DNA from: a bacterium
GTDB taxonomy: Bacteria; Patescibacteriota; Minisyncoccia; Phycocordibacterales; GWA1-40-21
NCBI GenBank assembly: GCA_037131755.1
Contig: JBAXQJ010000003.1
Span: 6,870 to 70,869, forward strand
DNA length: 64,000 nt
Direction of reading: 5' to 3'
The notes below the pieces were generated by a model, which saw nothing but the letters and a program-made list of their open reading frames with translations, made no database searches and had not been told where the DNA came from. The position numbers were made by a program, and so were the translations under genes. Shown one piece after another: positions 39,672 through 49,746 of this stretch (its first letter is position 1; each line of letters starts with the position of its first letter).

Positions 39672-39706
39672 CAAAGGCGGGGTTTACGCAGTAAACCCCG
39701 CCTTCT
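39672..39706. terminator. bidirectional terminator after dnaJ
   Basis: AAAGGCGGGGTTTACGCAGTAAACCCCGCCTTCTT. Confidence 0.8.
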
Positions 39707-39713
39707 TAAATTA

Positions 39714-40814
39714 TCAGTAGCCTTCCTTCTTCAAATCTTCAATCGCTTTCCTGGCTGTTCGTGACAAACGGTTTGGCATCTGAATGTTGATCTTGATCAG
39801 CAGATCCCCTCGTCCGTCGCGTTCGCGGGGGATCCCCTTGCCTTTAATGCGCAAGATTTCGCCAAACTTTATTCCCTCGGGAATTTTGACCCTCATGTCG
39901 CCATCAAGAGTCTTGAGATTGTATTCGGCACCAAGCATGGCGTCAGACAGTTTTATTGTCAGTTCAGTCACGAGATTTTTTCCTTCCCGGCTGAACAACT
40001 TGTCGTTTCGGACATGAATCTGAACATACAAATCTCCGGCCACGCCACCAGCAATCGCTTCGCCGGCGCCGGACATTCGCATCGTCTCGCCATCATTGAT
40101 ATCCGCCGGGATTTTAATCTTGAAAGCCTGCTGGTCTTTGTTTATTCCGAGTCCGTGGCAAGTCGGGCATTTTTCACTGAAAGTCTTGCCTGCCCCGTCG
40201 CATTTCGGACAGACTTTTTCTGTTACGACGGCACCCAAGATAGTTCGGCGGGTTTCCTTGATTTTACCGCGACCGTTGCAGTCAGAACAGGTTTGGGTCG
40301 GTGAACCGCGTTTGGCGCCGGTCCCTTCACAGTCTCGGCAGAAAGAATTTTTTGTCAGGCGAATTTCCTTTTCCACGCCAAAAATCGATTCAGAAAAAGT
40401 CAGGTCCATATCAATGTGTATGTCTTTCCCCTTCTTCACTTTTCGACGACCGCCGCTGCCACCGCCAAAGAAATCACCAAAAATGTCACCGAGGTCAAAT
40501 TCAAAACCCTGGCCATTTCCACCTTGGTTGAATTGAGAGAAATCAAAGCCGCCAAAGTCACCAAAACCTTGGCTGTATTGGCCTCCATAAGCCCCGCCAG
40601 GGCCTGGTCCGGCCGATCCGTAAGTATCGTACTGCGATCGCTTTTGATCGTCAGAAAGGACACTATAAGCCTCGCTAACTTCCTTGAATTTAGCCTCGTT
40701 TCCCGTCCCTTTATCAGGGTGGTATTCGTGGGCCAATTTGCGGAAAGCCTTCTTTATGTCGTCTTTGGTGGCGTTTTTATCAACACCAAGGGTCTTGTAA
40801 TAGTCTTTGGGCAT
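39714..40814 (-). CDS. dnaJ: chaperone DnaJ
   Basis: 366 aa; J domain with HPD, G/F region and four CxxCxGxG repeats. Confidence 0.92.
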   Translation of the reverse strand: MPKDYYKTLGVDKNATKDDIKKAFRKLAHEYHPDKGTGNEAKFKEVSEAYSVLSDDQKRSQYDTYGSAGPGPGGAYGGQYSQGFGDFGGFDFSQFNQGGNGQGFEFDLGDIFGDFFGGGSGGRRKVKKGKDIHIDMDLTFSESIFGVEKEIRLTKNSFCRDCEGTGAKRGSPTQTCSDCNGRGKIKETRRTILGAVVTEKVCPKCDGAGKTFSEKCPTCHGLGINKDQQAFKIKIPADINDGETMRMSGAGEAIAGGVAGDLYVQIHVRNDKLFSREGKNLVTELTIKLSDAMLGAEYNLKTLDGDMRVKIPEGIKFGEILRIKGKGIPRERDGRGDLLIKINIQMPNRLSRTARKAIEDLKKEGY

Positions 40815-40890
40815 TTATTTTTTGAATCCCAAGGTCTCACCTTTCCCGTCGCGGACTCCTCCTCAAGGAGAGACCTTGGTATTCTATTAA

Positions 40891-42795
40891 TTATTTCTTC
40901 TCTTCGGTAAAATCAGCATCTCGCACATTGTCATCCTTCTTTCCTTCCCCACCTTGTTCACCAGCTTGAGGATTTGTCTGGCCTTGTGCCTGCTGGGCCT
41001 TCATCATCGCTTCGCCGATTTTTTGCAATTCGACTGAGACTTCATCCATCGCCTTTTTGATTGCTTCAATATCCGTTCCGTCTTTGACTTTCTTTAAGTC
41101 AGCAATTTTATCTTCCACTGCCTTAACGATTTCTGGCGTAACTTTTCCGCCGTTATCCTTTATCGCCTTCTCAGCCATGTAGACCGTCTGTTCAGCATGA
41201 TTTTTTACCTCGACTGTCTCTTTCTTTTTCTTGTCCTCTTCTTCGTGGGCGGCGGCTTCGGTCTGCATCTTTTTGATATCAGCATCGGTCAAGCCAGAAC
41301 GAGCCTCGATACGAATCGATTGTTCTTTGCCAGTCGTCTTGTCTTTGGCTTTCACCGATAAGATACCGTTGGCATCGACATCAAATGAGACTTCCACTTG
41401 TGGCATGCCGCGTGGAGCTGGTGGAATACCATCAAGAATAAATCGGCCCAGACTTTTGTTGTCAGAAGCCATCGCTCTTTCACCTTGGACGATGTGAATT
41501 TCCACTGATGTTTGATTGTCAGCGGCGGTTGAAAAGACCTGGCTTTTGGTTGTTGGAATGGTCGTATTTCTTTCTACCAGTTTTGTCGCGACACCACCCA
41601 TAGTCTCAATACCTAGAGAAAGCGGAATGACGTCGAGCAAAAGAATGTCTTTCACGTCGCCTCGCAGAATTCCGCCCTGAACAGCCGCACCGAGTGCCAC
41701 CACCTCGTCGGGATTGATCGAAAGGTTTGGTTCCTTGCCGAACAATTCCTTCACCGCTTTTTGAATGGCTGGCATTCTGGTCTGGCCACCAACCATCAAG
41801 ACTTCGTTGATCTCACCCATTTTGAATGGCGAAGCTTCGAGGGCTCGCTTGGTGATCATGATTGATCGTTCGATATATTCCTTGGCCAGGTTTTCCAAAG
41901 TGGCTCGAGTCATTTTGATCAGTAGGTGTCGAGGGCCGTTGGCATCGGAAGTAATGAATGGAATGTTGATCTCCGTCTCCATTGCTGTTGAAAGCTCAAT
42001 TTTGGCTTTTTCGGCGGCTTCGTCCAAGCGCTGAAGAGCGAGGGTGTCCTTGCGAACGTCAATGCCGCTTTCCTTTTTGAATTCTTCGGCAATCCAATCC
42101 ATTATCTTTCGATCGATATCGCGACCGCCAAGGTGAGAGTCTCCGTCAGTCGATTTTACTTCGACGATATCCGCGCCAACTTCGAGAATGGAGATATCGA
42201 AAGTACCGCCACCAAAGTCGTAGACGGCGATTTTCTCATCCTTCTTTTTGTTGAAACCATAAGCGAGAGCCGCGGCTGTCGGTTCGTTGATAATACGCAG
42301 AACGTTCAGGCCAGCGATCGTCCCCGCGTCTTTTGTTGCTTGTCTTTGCGAATCGTTGAAATAGGCTGGAACGGTAATGACCGCGTCGGTAATTTTTTCA
42401 CCAAGCTTGGTCTCAGCGTCGCTCTTCAACTTCTGAAGAATCATGGCTGAAATTTCTTCCGGCTTGAAATTCTGGTTATTCATCTTTACCTCTACCCCGC
42501 CCGTTCCAGATTTCTGGATTTCAAACGATACCCCGGCTTTATCTTTTTGAACGCCCGGATCTTCGTAATTGTGGCCCATGAAGCGCTTGATTTGGAAGAT
42601 GGTGTTTTTGGGATTGGTTACGGCTTGGCGTCTTGCCAGCTGGCCGACCAGTCGCTCGCCAGTCTTGGCGGTGGCGACAATCGACGGGGTTGTCCTGGAC
42701 CCCTCGATGTTTTCAATGATTTTTGGGGAATCTCCTTCCATTACGGCTACAGCCGAGAAAGTAGTTCCTAGATCGATTCCGATTATTTTAGACAT
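40891..42795 (-). CDS. dnaK: chaperone DnaK (Hsp70)
   Basis: 634 aa; [10 protein letters not shown] and the remainder of the Hsp70 signature. Confidence 0.95.
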   Translation of the reverse strand: MSKIIGIDLGTTFSAVAVMEGDSPKIIENIEGSRTTPSIVATAKTGERLVGQLARRQAVTNPKNTIFQIKRFMGHNYEDPGVQKDKAGVSFEIQKSGTGGVEVKMNNQNFKPEEISAMILQKLKSDAETKLGEKITDAVITVPAYFNDSQRQATKDAGTIAGLNVLRIINEPTAAALAYGFNKKKDEKIAVYDFGGGTFDISILEVGADIVEVKSTDGDSHLGGRDIDRKIMDWIAEEFKKESGIDVRKDTLALQRLDEAAEKAKIELSTAMETEINIPFITSDANGPRHLLIKMTRATLENLAKEYIERSIMITKRALEASPFKMGEINEVLMVGGQTRMPAIQKAVKELFGKEPNLSINPDEVVALGAAVQGGILRGDVKDILLLDVIPLSLGIETMGGVATKLVERNTTIPTTKSQVFSTAADNQTSVEIHIVQGERAMASDNKSLGRFILDGIPPAPRGMPQVEVSFDVDANGILSVKAKDKTTGKEQSIRIEARSGLTDADIKKMQTEAAAHEEEDKKKKETVEVKNHAEQTVYMAEKAIKDNGGKVTPEIVKAVEDKIADLKKVKDGTDIEAIKKAMDEVSVELQKIGEAMMKAQQAQGQTNPQAGEQGGEGKKDDNVRDADFTEEKK

Positions 42796-42972
42796 GTTTA
42801 TTTTTATTTAGATTAAATTTAATAAAAGAGTATCAAAAAAGTAAGGTGTTTCTTTTTCGTGCCTTACGGACCGAGATTTTCACCAGAAAATCGAGGGAGT
42901 AGAGAAATAATTTTGTGGCGACAAAATTATTATCGTGCTAAGAAAAAGGAATACCTTAATTTTTAAGATGTC

Positions 42973-43293
42973 TTACAAACTTGGAGCACGAGTCGGTTGG
43001 CTCATTGTAAAACTAAAATCTCTGACGAAAGTAGATAGTAGATGATAGATTGTAGATTTTACGGGGACAAAATCTGAAGAGGTTTTAACGCAAGGCAAAC
43101 AGAGTATTTCCTCTTGGGAAAATACTTCAGTAACAACTTTTCCAGAGATCGCCTTGGCGATAATTCGGCCGTTCTGCGATATGAGTTCAAACACCACCAA
43201 AACTACCTTACCGTTTGGCAAAGTAACCAATTTTTCTATGTATTTTGGCTGTTTGACGACGCTTAACATGTCCCTATTATAGCATATTTCCAA
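42973..43293 (-). CDS. hypothetical protein sitting between grpE and dnaK
   Basis: 106 aa ORF with non-repetitive composition whose start is adjacent to the grpE stop. No family recognised. It could also be a non-coding spacer. Confidence 0.35.
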   Translation of the reverse strand: MEICYNRDMLSVVKQPKYIEKLVTLPNGKVVLVVFELISQNGRIIAKAISGKVVTEVFSQEEILCLPCVKTSSDFVPVKSTIYHLLSTFVRDFSFTMSQPTRAPSL

Positions 43294-43299
43294 AATTTT

Positions 43300-43893
43300 T
43301 CATTCTTTCCACTCGCCGACCGTCACCTTTGGAGCAACGATAACGCGGTCGCTCATTTTATAACCCTTTTTAATTACAGAAATTATTTTCCCGTCGTCTT
43401 CTTTTTTGTCTGCTTTTATCACCTCTTCGGCAATGTGCAGTTTGGGATCAAAAATATCTCCGGCTTTGGGCACGAATTCCTTGAGACCATTTTCATCTAG
43501 TATTTTGACCAGCTGTTGGTGGATGTATTCCACGCCGACTCGCCAGTTTTGCGGGACAGAATTCCACTGTTCCTTGTTCATAAAAGCCATATCAAAGCTT
43601 TCAAGTACCGGTAGGACTTCCATCAAAACGTTTTCATTGGCAAATTTGATGTAATCTTTTTTTTCTTCCTCGGCGCGTTTTTTAAAATTCACAAAATCCG
43701 CTCGCTCCCTCTGCCAGCCGTTCATATACTCGTCTTTCTGGGCGGTCAATTCCTTGATTTTAGCCTTAAGTTTGGCAATCTTTTCCTTTGGATCGGACAT
43801 GTTGTCGCTATCTATGGTGGCATCATAGACGACCTCGTCTAACTCCTCCATATCAGCGTCTTTTGGGTCTATTGTTTTGTCATCATTATTCAT
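43300..43893 (-). CDS. grpE: nucleotide exchange factor GrpE
   Basis: 197 aa; coiled coil followed by a beta-domain and GrpE signature residues. An extended -10 element TGCTATAAT lies upstream. Confidence 0.85.
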   Translation of the reverse strand: MNNDDKTIDPKDADMEELDEVVYDATIDSDNMSDPKEKIAKLKAKIKELTAQKDEYMNGWQRERADFVNFKKRAEEEKKDYIKFANENVLMEVLPVLESFDMAFMNKEQWNSVPQNWRVGVEYIHQQLVKILDENGLKEFVPKAGDIFDPKLHIAEEVIKADKKEDDGKIISVIKKGYKMSDRVIVAPKVTVGEWKE

Positions 43894-43932
43894 AAGTCGG
43901 ATTATAGCAAAAAATCACATAAAATCAAAAAA

Positions 43933-44640
43933 TCATTTATTCAGGTAATGTCTGAGGGTATAAATCCAATCCTCATCACCCTGTTCGTTTTCAAGTTTTG
44001 AGTTTAAAAGCCACTCCAAGTATCTTCGGTCAGAAGCCAGGACTTCTTCAAGTGATTTGTCTTTATATTTGCCGAAATTAAAGCGGTTAAAAATGGTCGG
44101 TGTTTTAGAAATCTCAATCATTTTTTTAATGGCTTTCTCCTCGTCCCCTTCGATTTCTTTTACTTTGGCCAGTAGCCGTTGGAAAACGGCACACAGGACA
44201 TTCACGTCGCCCTCAGCGCTATGAGCCAGGCCGTCAACGTCCAAATCCAAGAAGTATCTCAAGAATTGGAGGCCGTATTCCGGAATGGAATTCTTGGGAT
44301 CCAAAAATCTGGCGACTCGCAGGGTACAGATGAATTGCGGGACCTTTATGCCTTCGGACTCAAGCATCGCGATATCGAATTTGGCGTTATGGGCGACCAA
44401 TACCCCGTCAGCGAGTAACTTCTGCAGTTTTTTCGCCATCTCACTACCCAAAAAAGCTTCCTTATCTGCTACCATTTTGTTGGTGATGTGGGTCACGCTC
44501 ATCGCTTTGACCGATATTGGTATTTCCGGCTTGAAAAATTCAGAACAAACCTCGTCGCCTGTTCGATAGCAGATTTGGCATAAGCGGTCTTTTTTGGGAT
44601 CATTGCCGGTCGTCTCGGTGTCGAGGAAAATCAAATTCAT
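43933..44640 (-). CDS. 3'-5' exonuclease, DnaQ-like (DEDDh) with C-terminal extension
   Basis: 235 aa; FLDTETTG, AHNAKFD and HSAEGD motifs. Confidence 0.8.
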   Translation of the reverse strand: MNLIFLDTETTGNDPKKDRLCQICYRTGDEVCSEFFKPEIPISVKAMSVTHITNKMVADKEAFLGSEMAKKLQKLLADGVLVAHNAKFDIAMLESEGIKVPQFICTLRVARFLDPKNSIPEYGLQFLRYFLDLDVDGLAHSAEGDVNVLCAVFQRLLAKVKEIEGDEEKAIKKMIEISKTPTIFNRFNFGKYKDKSLEEVLASDRRYLEWLLNSKLENEQGDEDWIYTLRHYLNK

Positions 44641-44695
44641 GGGTTTGAAAATTTAAAAATAATTTACCTATTATAGCAGACTTATTTATAATTTC

Positions 44696-46567
44696 TTAGC
44701 GGCGGATATATAGCGAGAAGATGCGGACCGAATTGATCAGGGGAAGAAAATCGGTCAGGAAATTATACAGTGAGGCGCCGGTCGGGGCGAGTTTTGCAAA
44801 AAAAACTAAACCGAGGCCGAAAATATTGCTTGCCCCCCAGATCCAGAAATCCTGGTTGGCGATCTTTAGGGTGTATTTGGAGACGCGCATCAGTTCGGCA
44901 ATTTTGGAAAAATCATCTTTCATTAGGACGATGTCCGCTGATTCGATAGCTACATCCATACCGATACCACCCATCGCGATTCCGACATCAGCTAGTGAAA
45001 GCGAAGCCGCATCATTGACCCCGTCTCCCACCATGGCGACTTTGTATTTCGAATTCAACTCGTTTTTTATGTAGGCTAGTTTTTGTTCCGGCAGAAGGTT
45101 GGGATAGAAATCTGTGACGCCAAGTTTTTGGGCGAGTCTTTTGGCGACTCTTTCGTTGTCACCGGTCAGCATGATGACTTTTTCTACGCCCAATTTCTTT
45201 AGCTCGGCAATATTTTCGGCAATATTCGCCTTTAACTCATCGGCCAGGACAAAATAACCCATTATTTTCCCGTCGACGCCGACCACGGTCACGTTAAAAC
45301 CTTTGTCTTCCTCGGCCCAGATTTTATCCTGTAAATCTTTATCAATCACAAAGCCAAATTCCCTGGCAAAAGACGGACGTCCTAGTATGACTTTTTTATT
45401 GCCAATGTCGGCAAGGACGCCTTTGCCCGGCAATTCGCGGGTAGATTTTACCTCCTCATCGGTAGAATTATAATTTCCGTTCGCATATTCAAGGATGGCT
45501 TTTGATATGGGATGATCCGATTGCTCGGCTGTGGTTTTGGCCAGGCTGACGAAATCTTCACAAGTGATGCCGGCACATTCAAATTTCTCCACTTTCAAGT
45601 TTCCTTTGGTGAGCGTTCCGGTCTTGTCGACAAAAATAACTTTCACTTGGGCCAAAGCTTCCAGGTAGCTCGCACCCTTCACGATCGCCCCCTTTTTTGC
45701 ACAATAGCTAATCGCCGTAAGAAAAGTGAGTGGTACGGCGACGGCGACATCATCGGCACAGACGACCAACATGATGGCGAGTATGACCTTGATATCATAG
45801 CCAAAAAGGAACAAAAGAATGGCGCCAATAAAAACCGTCACCAGATACCAAGTGGCAAATTTCTCTGCGGCCGTATGGACGTCCGGTTTTTCCAGCTGGG
45901 CATTTTCTACCATTTCGATTATTTTTTCTAGCGTCGTTTCCGTTCCAACCTTTTCAGCTTTGATAGTCAGGTGCCCGCTGGAAATCAAGGTTGAGCTCCA
46001 GACCTTGTCGCCTTTTTCTTTGCTGACCGGCAGGGATTCACCCGTCAAGGCGGACTGATCAACATCGGCTGTCCCGGCAACCACTTCGCCGTCAACTGGC
46101 ACCCTCTCGCCCAGGTCGACCAAGACAAAATCGCCGATCATTACTTCTGCTGGTTGGACTTCCAACATCTTTCCGCCACGCTCAACTTTTATCTTTGTCG
46201 GTTTTAGCTTTAACAAACCGTCGATATTTTTTCTGGCGCGGGCTTCGTTGTAAGACATAAAAACCCTCGCTGAAGCGAGCATCAGGTTGATAAAAACAGC
46301 CGATAACCATTCGTGCGTAAAGAGTGAAAATATTAAAGCGACGCTTGCCAGGAGATCAACGGAAATTTTTCTGTTGATCAAAGCCTTGTAGGCGCTATAT
46401 AGGACGGGTGCGGTGCCGAGGATGGCTGTAATAAATAGAGAATAGTCGCTGACCGTGCCGATTATTGATGACGGATCACCTCCGAAGCCTCTAAGAATGA
46501 TGGCTAGTAATAACAAAACCACTAAAGTAGCATCAAACTTGCTCATATATTGGAAAAATTGCTTCAT
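44696..46567 (-). CDS. P-type cation-transporting ATPase (P1B-like topology)
   Basis: TGES, DKTGTLT and GDGVNDA motifs, with four TM segments before the actuator domain. CAD occupies the position where heavy-metal pumps carry CPC. The start is placed at the internal ATG 46567; the ORF extends to 46642. Confidence 0.85.
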   Translation of the reverse strand: MKQFFQYMSKFDATLVVLLLLAIILRGFGGDPSSIIGTVSDYSLFITAILGTAPVLYSAYKALINRKISVDLLASVALIFSLFTHEWLSAVFINLMLASARVFMSYNEARARKNIDGLLKLKPTKIKVERGGKMLEVQPAEVMIGDFVLVDLGERVPVDGEVVAGTADVDQSALTGESLPVSKEKGDKVWSSTLISSGHLTIKAEKVGTETTLEKIIEMVENAQLEKPDVHTAAEKFATWYLVTVFIGAILLFLFGYDIKVILAIMLVVCADDVAVAVPLTFLTAISYCAKKGAIVKGASYLEALAQVKVIFVDKTGTLTKGNLKVEKFECAGITCEDFVSLAKTTAEQSDHPISKAILEYANGNYNSTDEEVKSTRELPGKGVLADIGNKKVILGRPSFAREFGFVIDKDLQDKIWAEEDKGFNVTVVGVDGKIMGYFVLADELKANIAENIAELKKLGVEKVIMLTGDNERVAKRLAQKLGVTDFYPNLLPEQKLAYIKNELNSKYKVAMVGDGVNDAASLSLADVGIAMGGIGMDVAIESADIVLMKDDFSKIAELMRVSKYTLKIANQDFWIWGASNIFGLGLVFFAKLAPTGASLYNFLTDFLPLINSVRIFSLYIRR

Positions 46568-46593
46568 ATATTTAAATTTGTAGGAATTATAGC

Positions 46594-46843
46594 ATAAAAA
46601 AACCGTCACTTGTTGAAGCGACGGTAAAATGGTGGCCACCAAGAGGTGAAAAAGGCGAGTAAGTCGGAGCTACCTATACCAGGGCCGTTATAATTACGGC
46701 CGACATTGTCCCCGTGAAAGTTCGAGGGGAGCGGCATTCTCCAGATTCATATATGGCGGGTATCTAATCCGCCGATTGCCTCTTTCCGAGTGCTGATAGA
46801 TCAGATCTTAGGTGTCGCAACGTAGCCGCGATGCACCTCCCCG
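46594..46843 (-). promoter_or_regulatory. structured 5' leader of the P-type ATPase: candidate yybP-ykoY (Mn2+)-like riboswitch with terminator expression platform
   Basis: On the - strand, GGGGAGGUGCAUCGCGG (compare the yybP-ykoY L1 GGGGAGUAGCGUCGGG) pairs with CUCCCC about 118 nt downstream. Further downstream lie CAUAUAUGAA...GGAGAAUGCC and then the terminator ACCGUCGCUUCAACAAGUGACGG plus U7, about 27 nt before the start codon. Confidence 0.35.
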
Positions 46844-46911
46844 ATCATTAAGCACGCCCTCTTGGAAGCCAAGAATGATATTACCACGAACCGGACAAAA
46901 ATCAAGGTTAC

Positions 46912-46942
46912 AAAAAACCCGACGTTCTGTCGGATTTTTTTG
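46912..46942. terminator. terminator after rpsI
   Basis: CCGACAGAACGTCGG hairpin with flanking A- and T-runs. Confidence 0.7.
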
Positions 46943-46949
46943 AGTATCT

Positions 46950-47357
46950 TTATCGCTTTGACCACTGTGGCGCCTTTCGAGCTTTCTTGAGACCAAACTT
47001 TCGGCGCTCTTTTGAACGCTGGTCTCGCTCGAGGAAGCCGGCTTTCTTTAATTTCTTTCGGAGGTCGGCGTCGTATTCATTCAAAGCGCGGGCGATCGAG
47101 TGTCGGACAGCGACGGCTTGGCCGCTGATTCCCCCACCAGAAACCACCACGGTAATCGCAAATTTCTGATCCAATTTTAATTTGGTGATTGCCTCAGTTG
47201 CGGTGTGTCGAAGCATGTCAGTCTTGAAATATTCCTCGACTGATTTGTCGTTTATGGTCAGGCTACTTTTTGTTGCTGGTTGAAGTCGAACGCGAGCAAT
47301 CGCTGTCTTTCGTCGTCCAACGGCACCAATATACTTTTTTTCTGTTGTTTCTGACAT
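46950..47357 (-). CDS. rpsI: 30S ribosomal protein S9
   Basis: 135 aa with the C-terminal RKKLKKAGFLERDQRSKERRKFG...KR. Confidence 0.92.
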   Translation of the reverse strand: MSETTEKKYIGAVGRRKTAIARVRLQPATKSSLTINDKSVEEYFKTDMLRHTATEAITKLKLDQKFAITVVVSGGGISGQAVAVRHSIARALNEYDADLRKKLKKAGFLERDQRSKERRKFGLKKARKAPQWSKR

Positions 47358-47358
47358 A

Positions 47359-47709
47359 TTATTCGCTGATAGTTAAATTTAAGAGCATCTTCGACTTGAG
47401 CTTGTTGTTATGAAGCATTCCGGAAATCGCTTTTTCCAGGACTGATCCGTATCCTTTCTTGGCAGCCATTTCTCCCAAGGATTCTTCGCGCAAACCGCCT
47501 CGTGAACCGGTATATCTTCGATACATCTGGCTCTGGGCCTTTCTTTCGGTAATATCCATTTTGGAAGCGTTGGTGACAGTGACTTTGACGTTGGCGACCA
47601 AATGCTTTTCAAAGTCAGGGTTTTTTTTGCCGAGCAAGATCGAGGCGACTTCGCTAGCTAGGCGGCCCAACTTCTTTCCGGTTGCATCAATTGTATATGT
47701 GTTATTCAT
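47359..47709 (-). CDS. rplM: 50S ribosomal protein L13
   Basis: 116 aa; L13 family. Confidence 0.88.
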   Translation of the reverse strand: MNNTYTIDATGKKLGRLASEVASILLGKKNPDFEKHLVANVKVTVTNASKMDITERKAQSQMYRRYTGSRGGLREESLGEMAAKKGYGSVLEKAISGMLHNNKLKSKMLLNLTISE

Positions 47710-47724
47710 TGTAAGTATTTAGAT

Positions 47725-48072
47725 TTATACAAATTCTATCTGAGCCATTCTTGCCCCATCGGTCTTGCGGGTATCAAGCTTGGTAATTCTGGTATAGCCG
47801 CCGTTTCGATCCTTAAATTTTGGGGCAATTTTTTCTACCATTTTCTTGGCTGTGACCGGTCCGAGCTTCTCGCTGACCAATTTTCTTGCCGCCAAATCTC
47901 CGGCCTTGGCCTTGGTGACCAGTCTTTCGATAAATGGTCTCAATGCTTTTGCCTTGACTTCGGTCGTTTTGATTTTTTCATCTCGCACCAGGGAGACAGC
48001 CAAAGTCTTGATCAGAGCATTTCTCTGGTTTTTCTCTCGGCTGAGCTGTTTTATTTTGTGTCCGTGAATCAT
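47725..48072 (-). CDS. rplQ: 50S ribosomal protein L17
   Basis: 115 aa; L17 family; follows rpoA. Confidence 0.9.
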   Translation of the reverse strand: MIHGHKIKQLSREKNQRNALIKTLAVSLVRDEKIKTTEVKAKALRPFIERLVTKAKAGDLAARKLVSEKLGPVTAKKMVEKIAPKFKDRNGGYTRITKLDTRKTDGARMAQIEFV

Positions 48073-48095
48073 TCTTTTGGTAAATTATTAATAAA

Positions 48096-49052
48096 TTATT
48101 TCAAAGTGATGCCGTAATTTGACAACAACTTCTTGATTTCCTGAATTCCCTTTGCACCCAAACCCTCCAAATCCTCAAGGTCAGACTCTTTCTTGCGAGC
48201 GAGTCCGCCAATGGTTCGGATGTTGGCATTTGAAAGGGCGTTGATGGTTCGTGCTGACAAATCCAAGGTTTCAATCCTGGTTTTCAAGAATTCTGTGTCG
48301 TCCTCCTTTTTCTCCTCGGTGATGACGTCTTTCTTTTCTTCGACGACGACTTCTGGCTCCTTGAAGCCGACAATTGCTTTGAGCTGGTTGATCATGATCA
48401 TGATCGCTTCTTCCAGCGCTTCTCGTGGCAGGATCGTACCATCAGTTTCGATTACCATTTTCAATTTATTGAAATCGGTTCGATCGCCAACGCGCATGTT
48501 TTCAACTTCGTAATTCACTCGGCGGATCGGGCTAAAGATGGCATCGAGAGCGATAGCGCCTATCTCCACTCTTTCCTTTTGGATGATTTCTTTTGGCACA
48601 TAACCCAAACCTTTTTCAATGGTGATTTCGATGTTCAACTCGGCATTCTTGTCATTGACAGAAGCGATATGAAGGTCAGGGTTCAGAATTTCTACTTGTC
48701 CAGGAACAATAATATCGCCAGCCGTGACATCTTTGATGCCTTTGACCTTTATTTCCAAAACCTGTGACTCTTCGGTGATCATCTTGATTCGGACCTTTTT
48801 CAGGTTCAAAATCATCGTGATGACGTCTTCCTTGACCCCAGTGATCGATGAAAATTCATGATCAGCCCCTTTGATTTTTACCGAAGTGATAGCCGCGCCA
48901 GGTAGAGATGACAAAATAATTCGGCGGAGGGAGTTGCCGAGAGTGTGTCCGTAGCCCGGATAAAGTCCGTCTACTTCATATGTGCCTGAAAAACCTTCTT
49001 CAGATACTATTCGTGGCTTGGAAGGCAATAAAACTTGTTTGCTTTCTGACAT
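48096..49052 (-). CDS. rpoA: DNA-directed RNA polymerase subunit alpha
   Basis: 318 aa; N-terminal dimerisation domain and C-terminal HhH domain. Confidence 0.92.
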   Translation of the reverse strand: MSESKQVLLPSKPRIVSEEGFSGTYEVDGLYPGYGHTLGNSLRRIILSSLPGAAITSVKIKGADHEFSSITGVKEDVITMILNLKKVRIKMITEESQVLEIKVKGIKDVTAGDIIVPGQVEILNPDLHIASVNDKNAELNIEITIEKGLGYVPKEIIQKERVEIGAIALDAIFSPIRRVNYEVENMRVGDRTDFNKLKMVIETDGTILPREALEEAIMIMINQLKAIVGFKEPEVVVEEKKDVITEEKKEDDTEFLKTRIETLDLSARTINALSNANIRTIGGLARKKESDLEDLEGLGAKGIQEIKKLLSNYGITLK

Positions 49053-49104
49053 ATGTTAAAAAATTAGCTAAATTAATAAAATTTTTAAAAATAAAGCGAT
49101 ACGA

Positions 49105-49710
49105 TTATCTGCTGTAGAAGTTCAACACTGCGGCACCATCGAAGATGACTTCGGTTGGGGCGAGCTTTGGCAGGCCTTGAACCTTGCATTCTTTCTTGGC
49201 GATATCCAGTGCCAACCATGATGGCCAGTTGTAGGTCTTCAGTTTTTCATCGAGGCCGGTGAAAAGAGTCTTGGCTTTTGATCCGTCGCGGATAGCGATC
49301 TTGTCGCCAATCTTTACGCTGTATGAAGGGATGGTGACTCGGGTGCCATTTACGGTAAAGTGACCATGAGCAACCATCTGTCGTGAGGCTTGTCTGGTTG
49401 GAGCAAAGCCCATTCGATAAACGACGTTGTCTAATCGTGATTCCAAGACCGCCATCAGCTGTTCTGGGCTGTTAGCGCCCTTTTTATCCAAAATTGCTTT
49501 GACGTATTTGGAAAACACCCTCTCGCTCACGCCATAGAGAGTCTTGGCTTTTTGTTTTTCGAGGAGCTGCAGACCGTACTCACTGCGAGCCTTTGGTCGC
49601 TTCTCAATTTTTCGGCGTGACTCACGCAAAGCAAACTTGGCCGACATTGTCTTGTCGAAGACATTGGCGCCCAGTCTTCTTGCTGTCTTGTATTTAGGTC
49701 GATTTAACAT
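49105..49710 (-). CDS. rpsD: 30S ribosomal protein S4
   Basis: 201 aa; S4 N-terminal region and S4 RNA-binding domain. Confidence 0.92.
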   Translation of the reverse strand: MLNRPKYKTARRLGANVFDKTMSAKFALRESRRKIEKRPKARSEYGLQLLEKQKAKTLYGVSERVFSKYVKAILDKKGANSPEQLMAVLESRLDNVVYRMGFAPTRQASRQMVAHGHFTVNGTRVTIPSYSVKIGDKIAIRDGSKAKTLFTGLDEKLKTYNWPSWLALDIAKKECKVQGLPKLAPTEVIFDGAAVLNFYSR

Positions 49711-49746
49711 TTTTCGTATTGATAGCTTATTTTATTAAAATATTTT

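Noticed and set aside
42890-42945. CIRCE heat-shock operator upstream of dnaK
   Set aside because: Only a TTAGCACGA half-site-like string is present; there is no GAGTGCTAA partner at a 9-nt spacing.
46700-46870. SRP RNA Alu-domain-like 5' sequence and a 16S-like GGATTAGATACCC 11-mer on the - strand
   Set aside because: No SRP domain IV (GGAA tetraloop / GGAAGCAGCC) was found. The 16S-like string is an isolated 11-mer with no flanking rRNA similarity, so it is coincidence.
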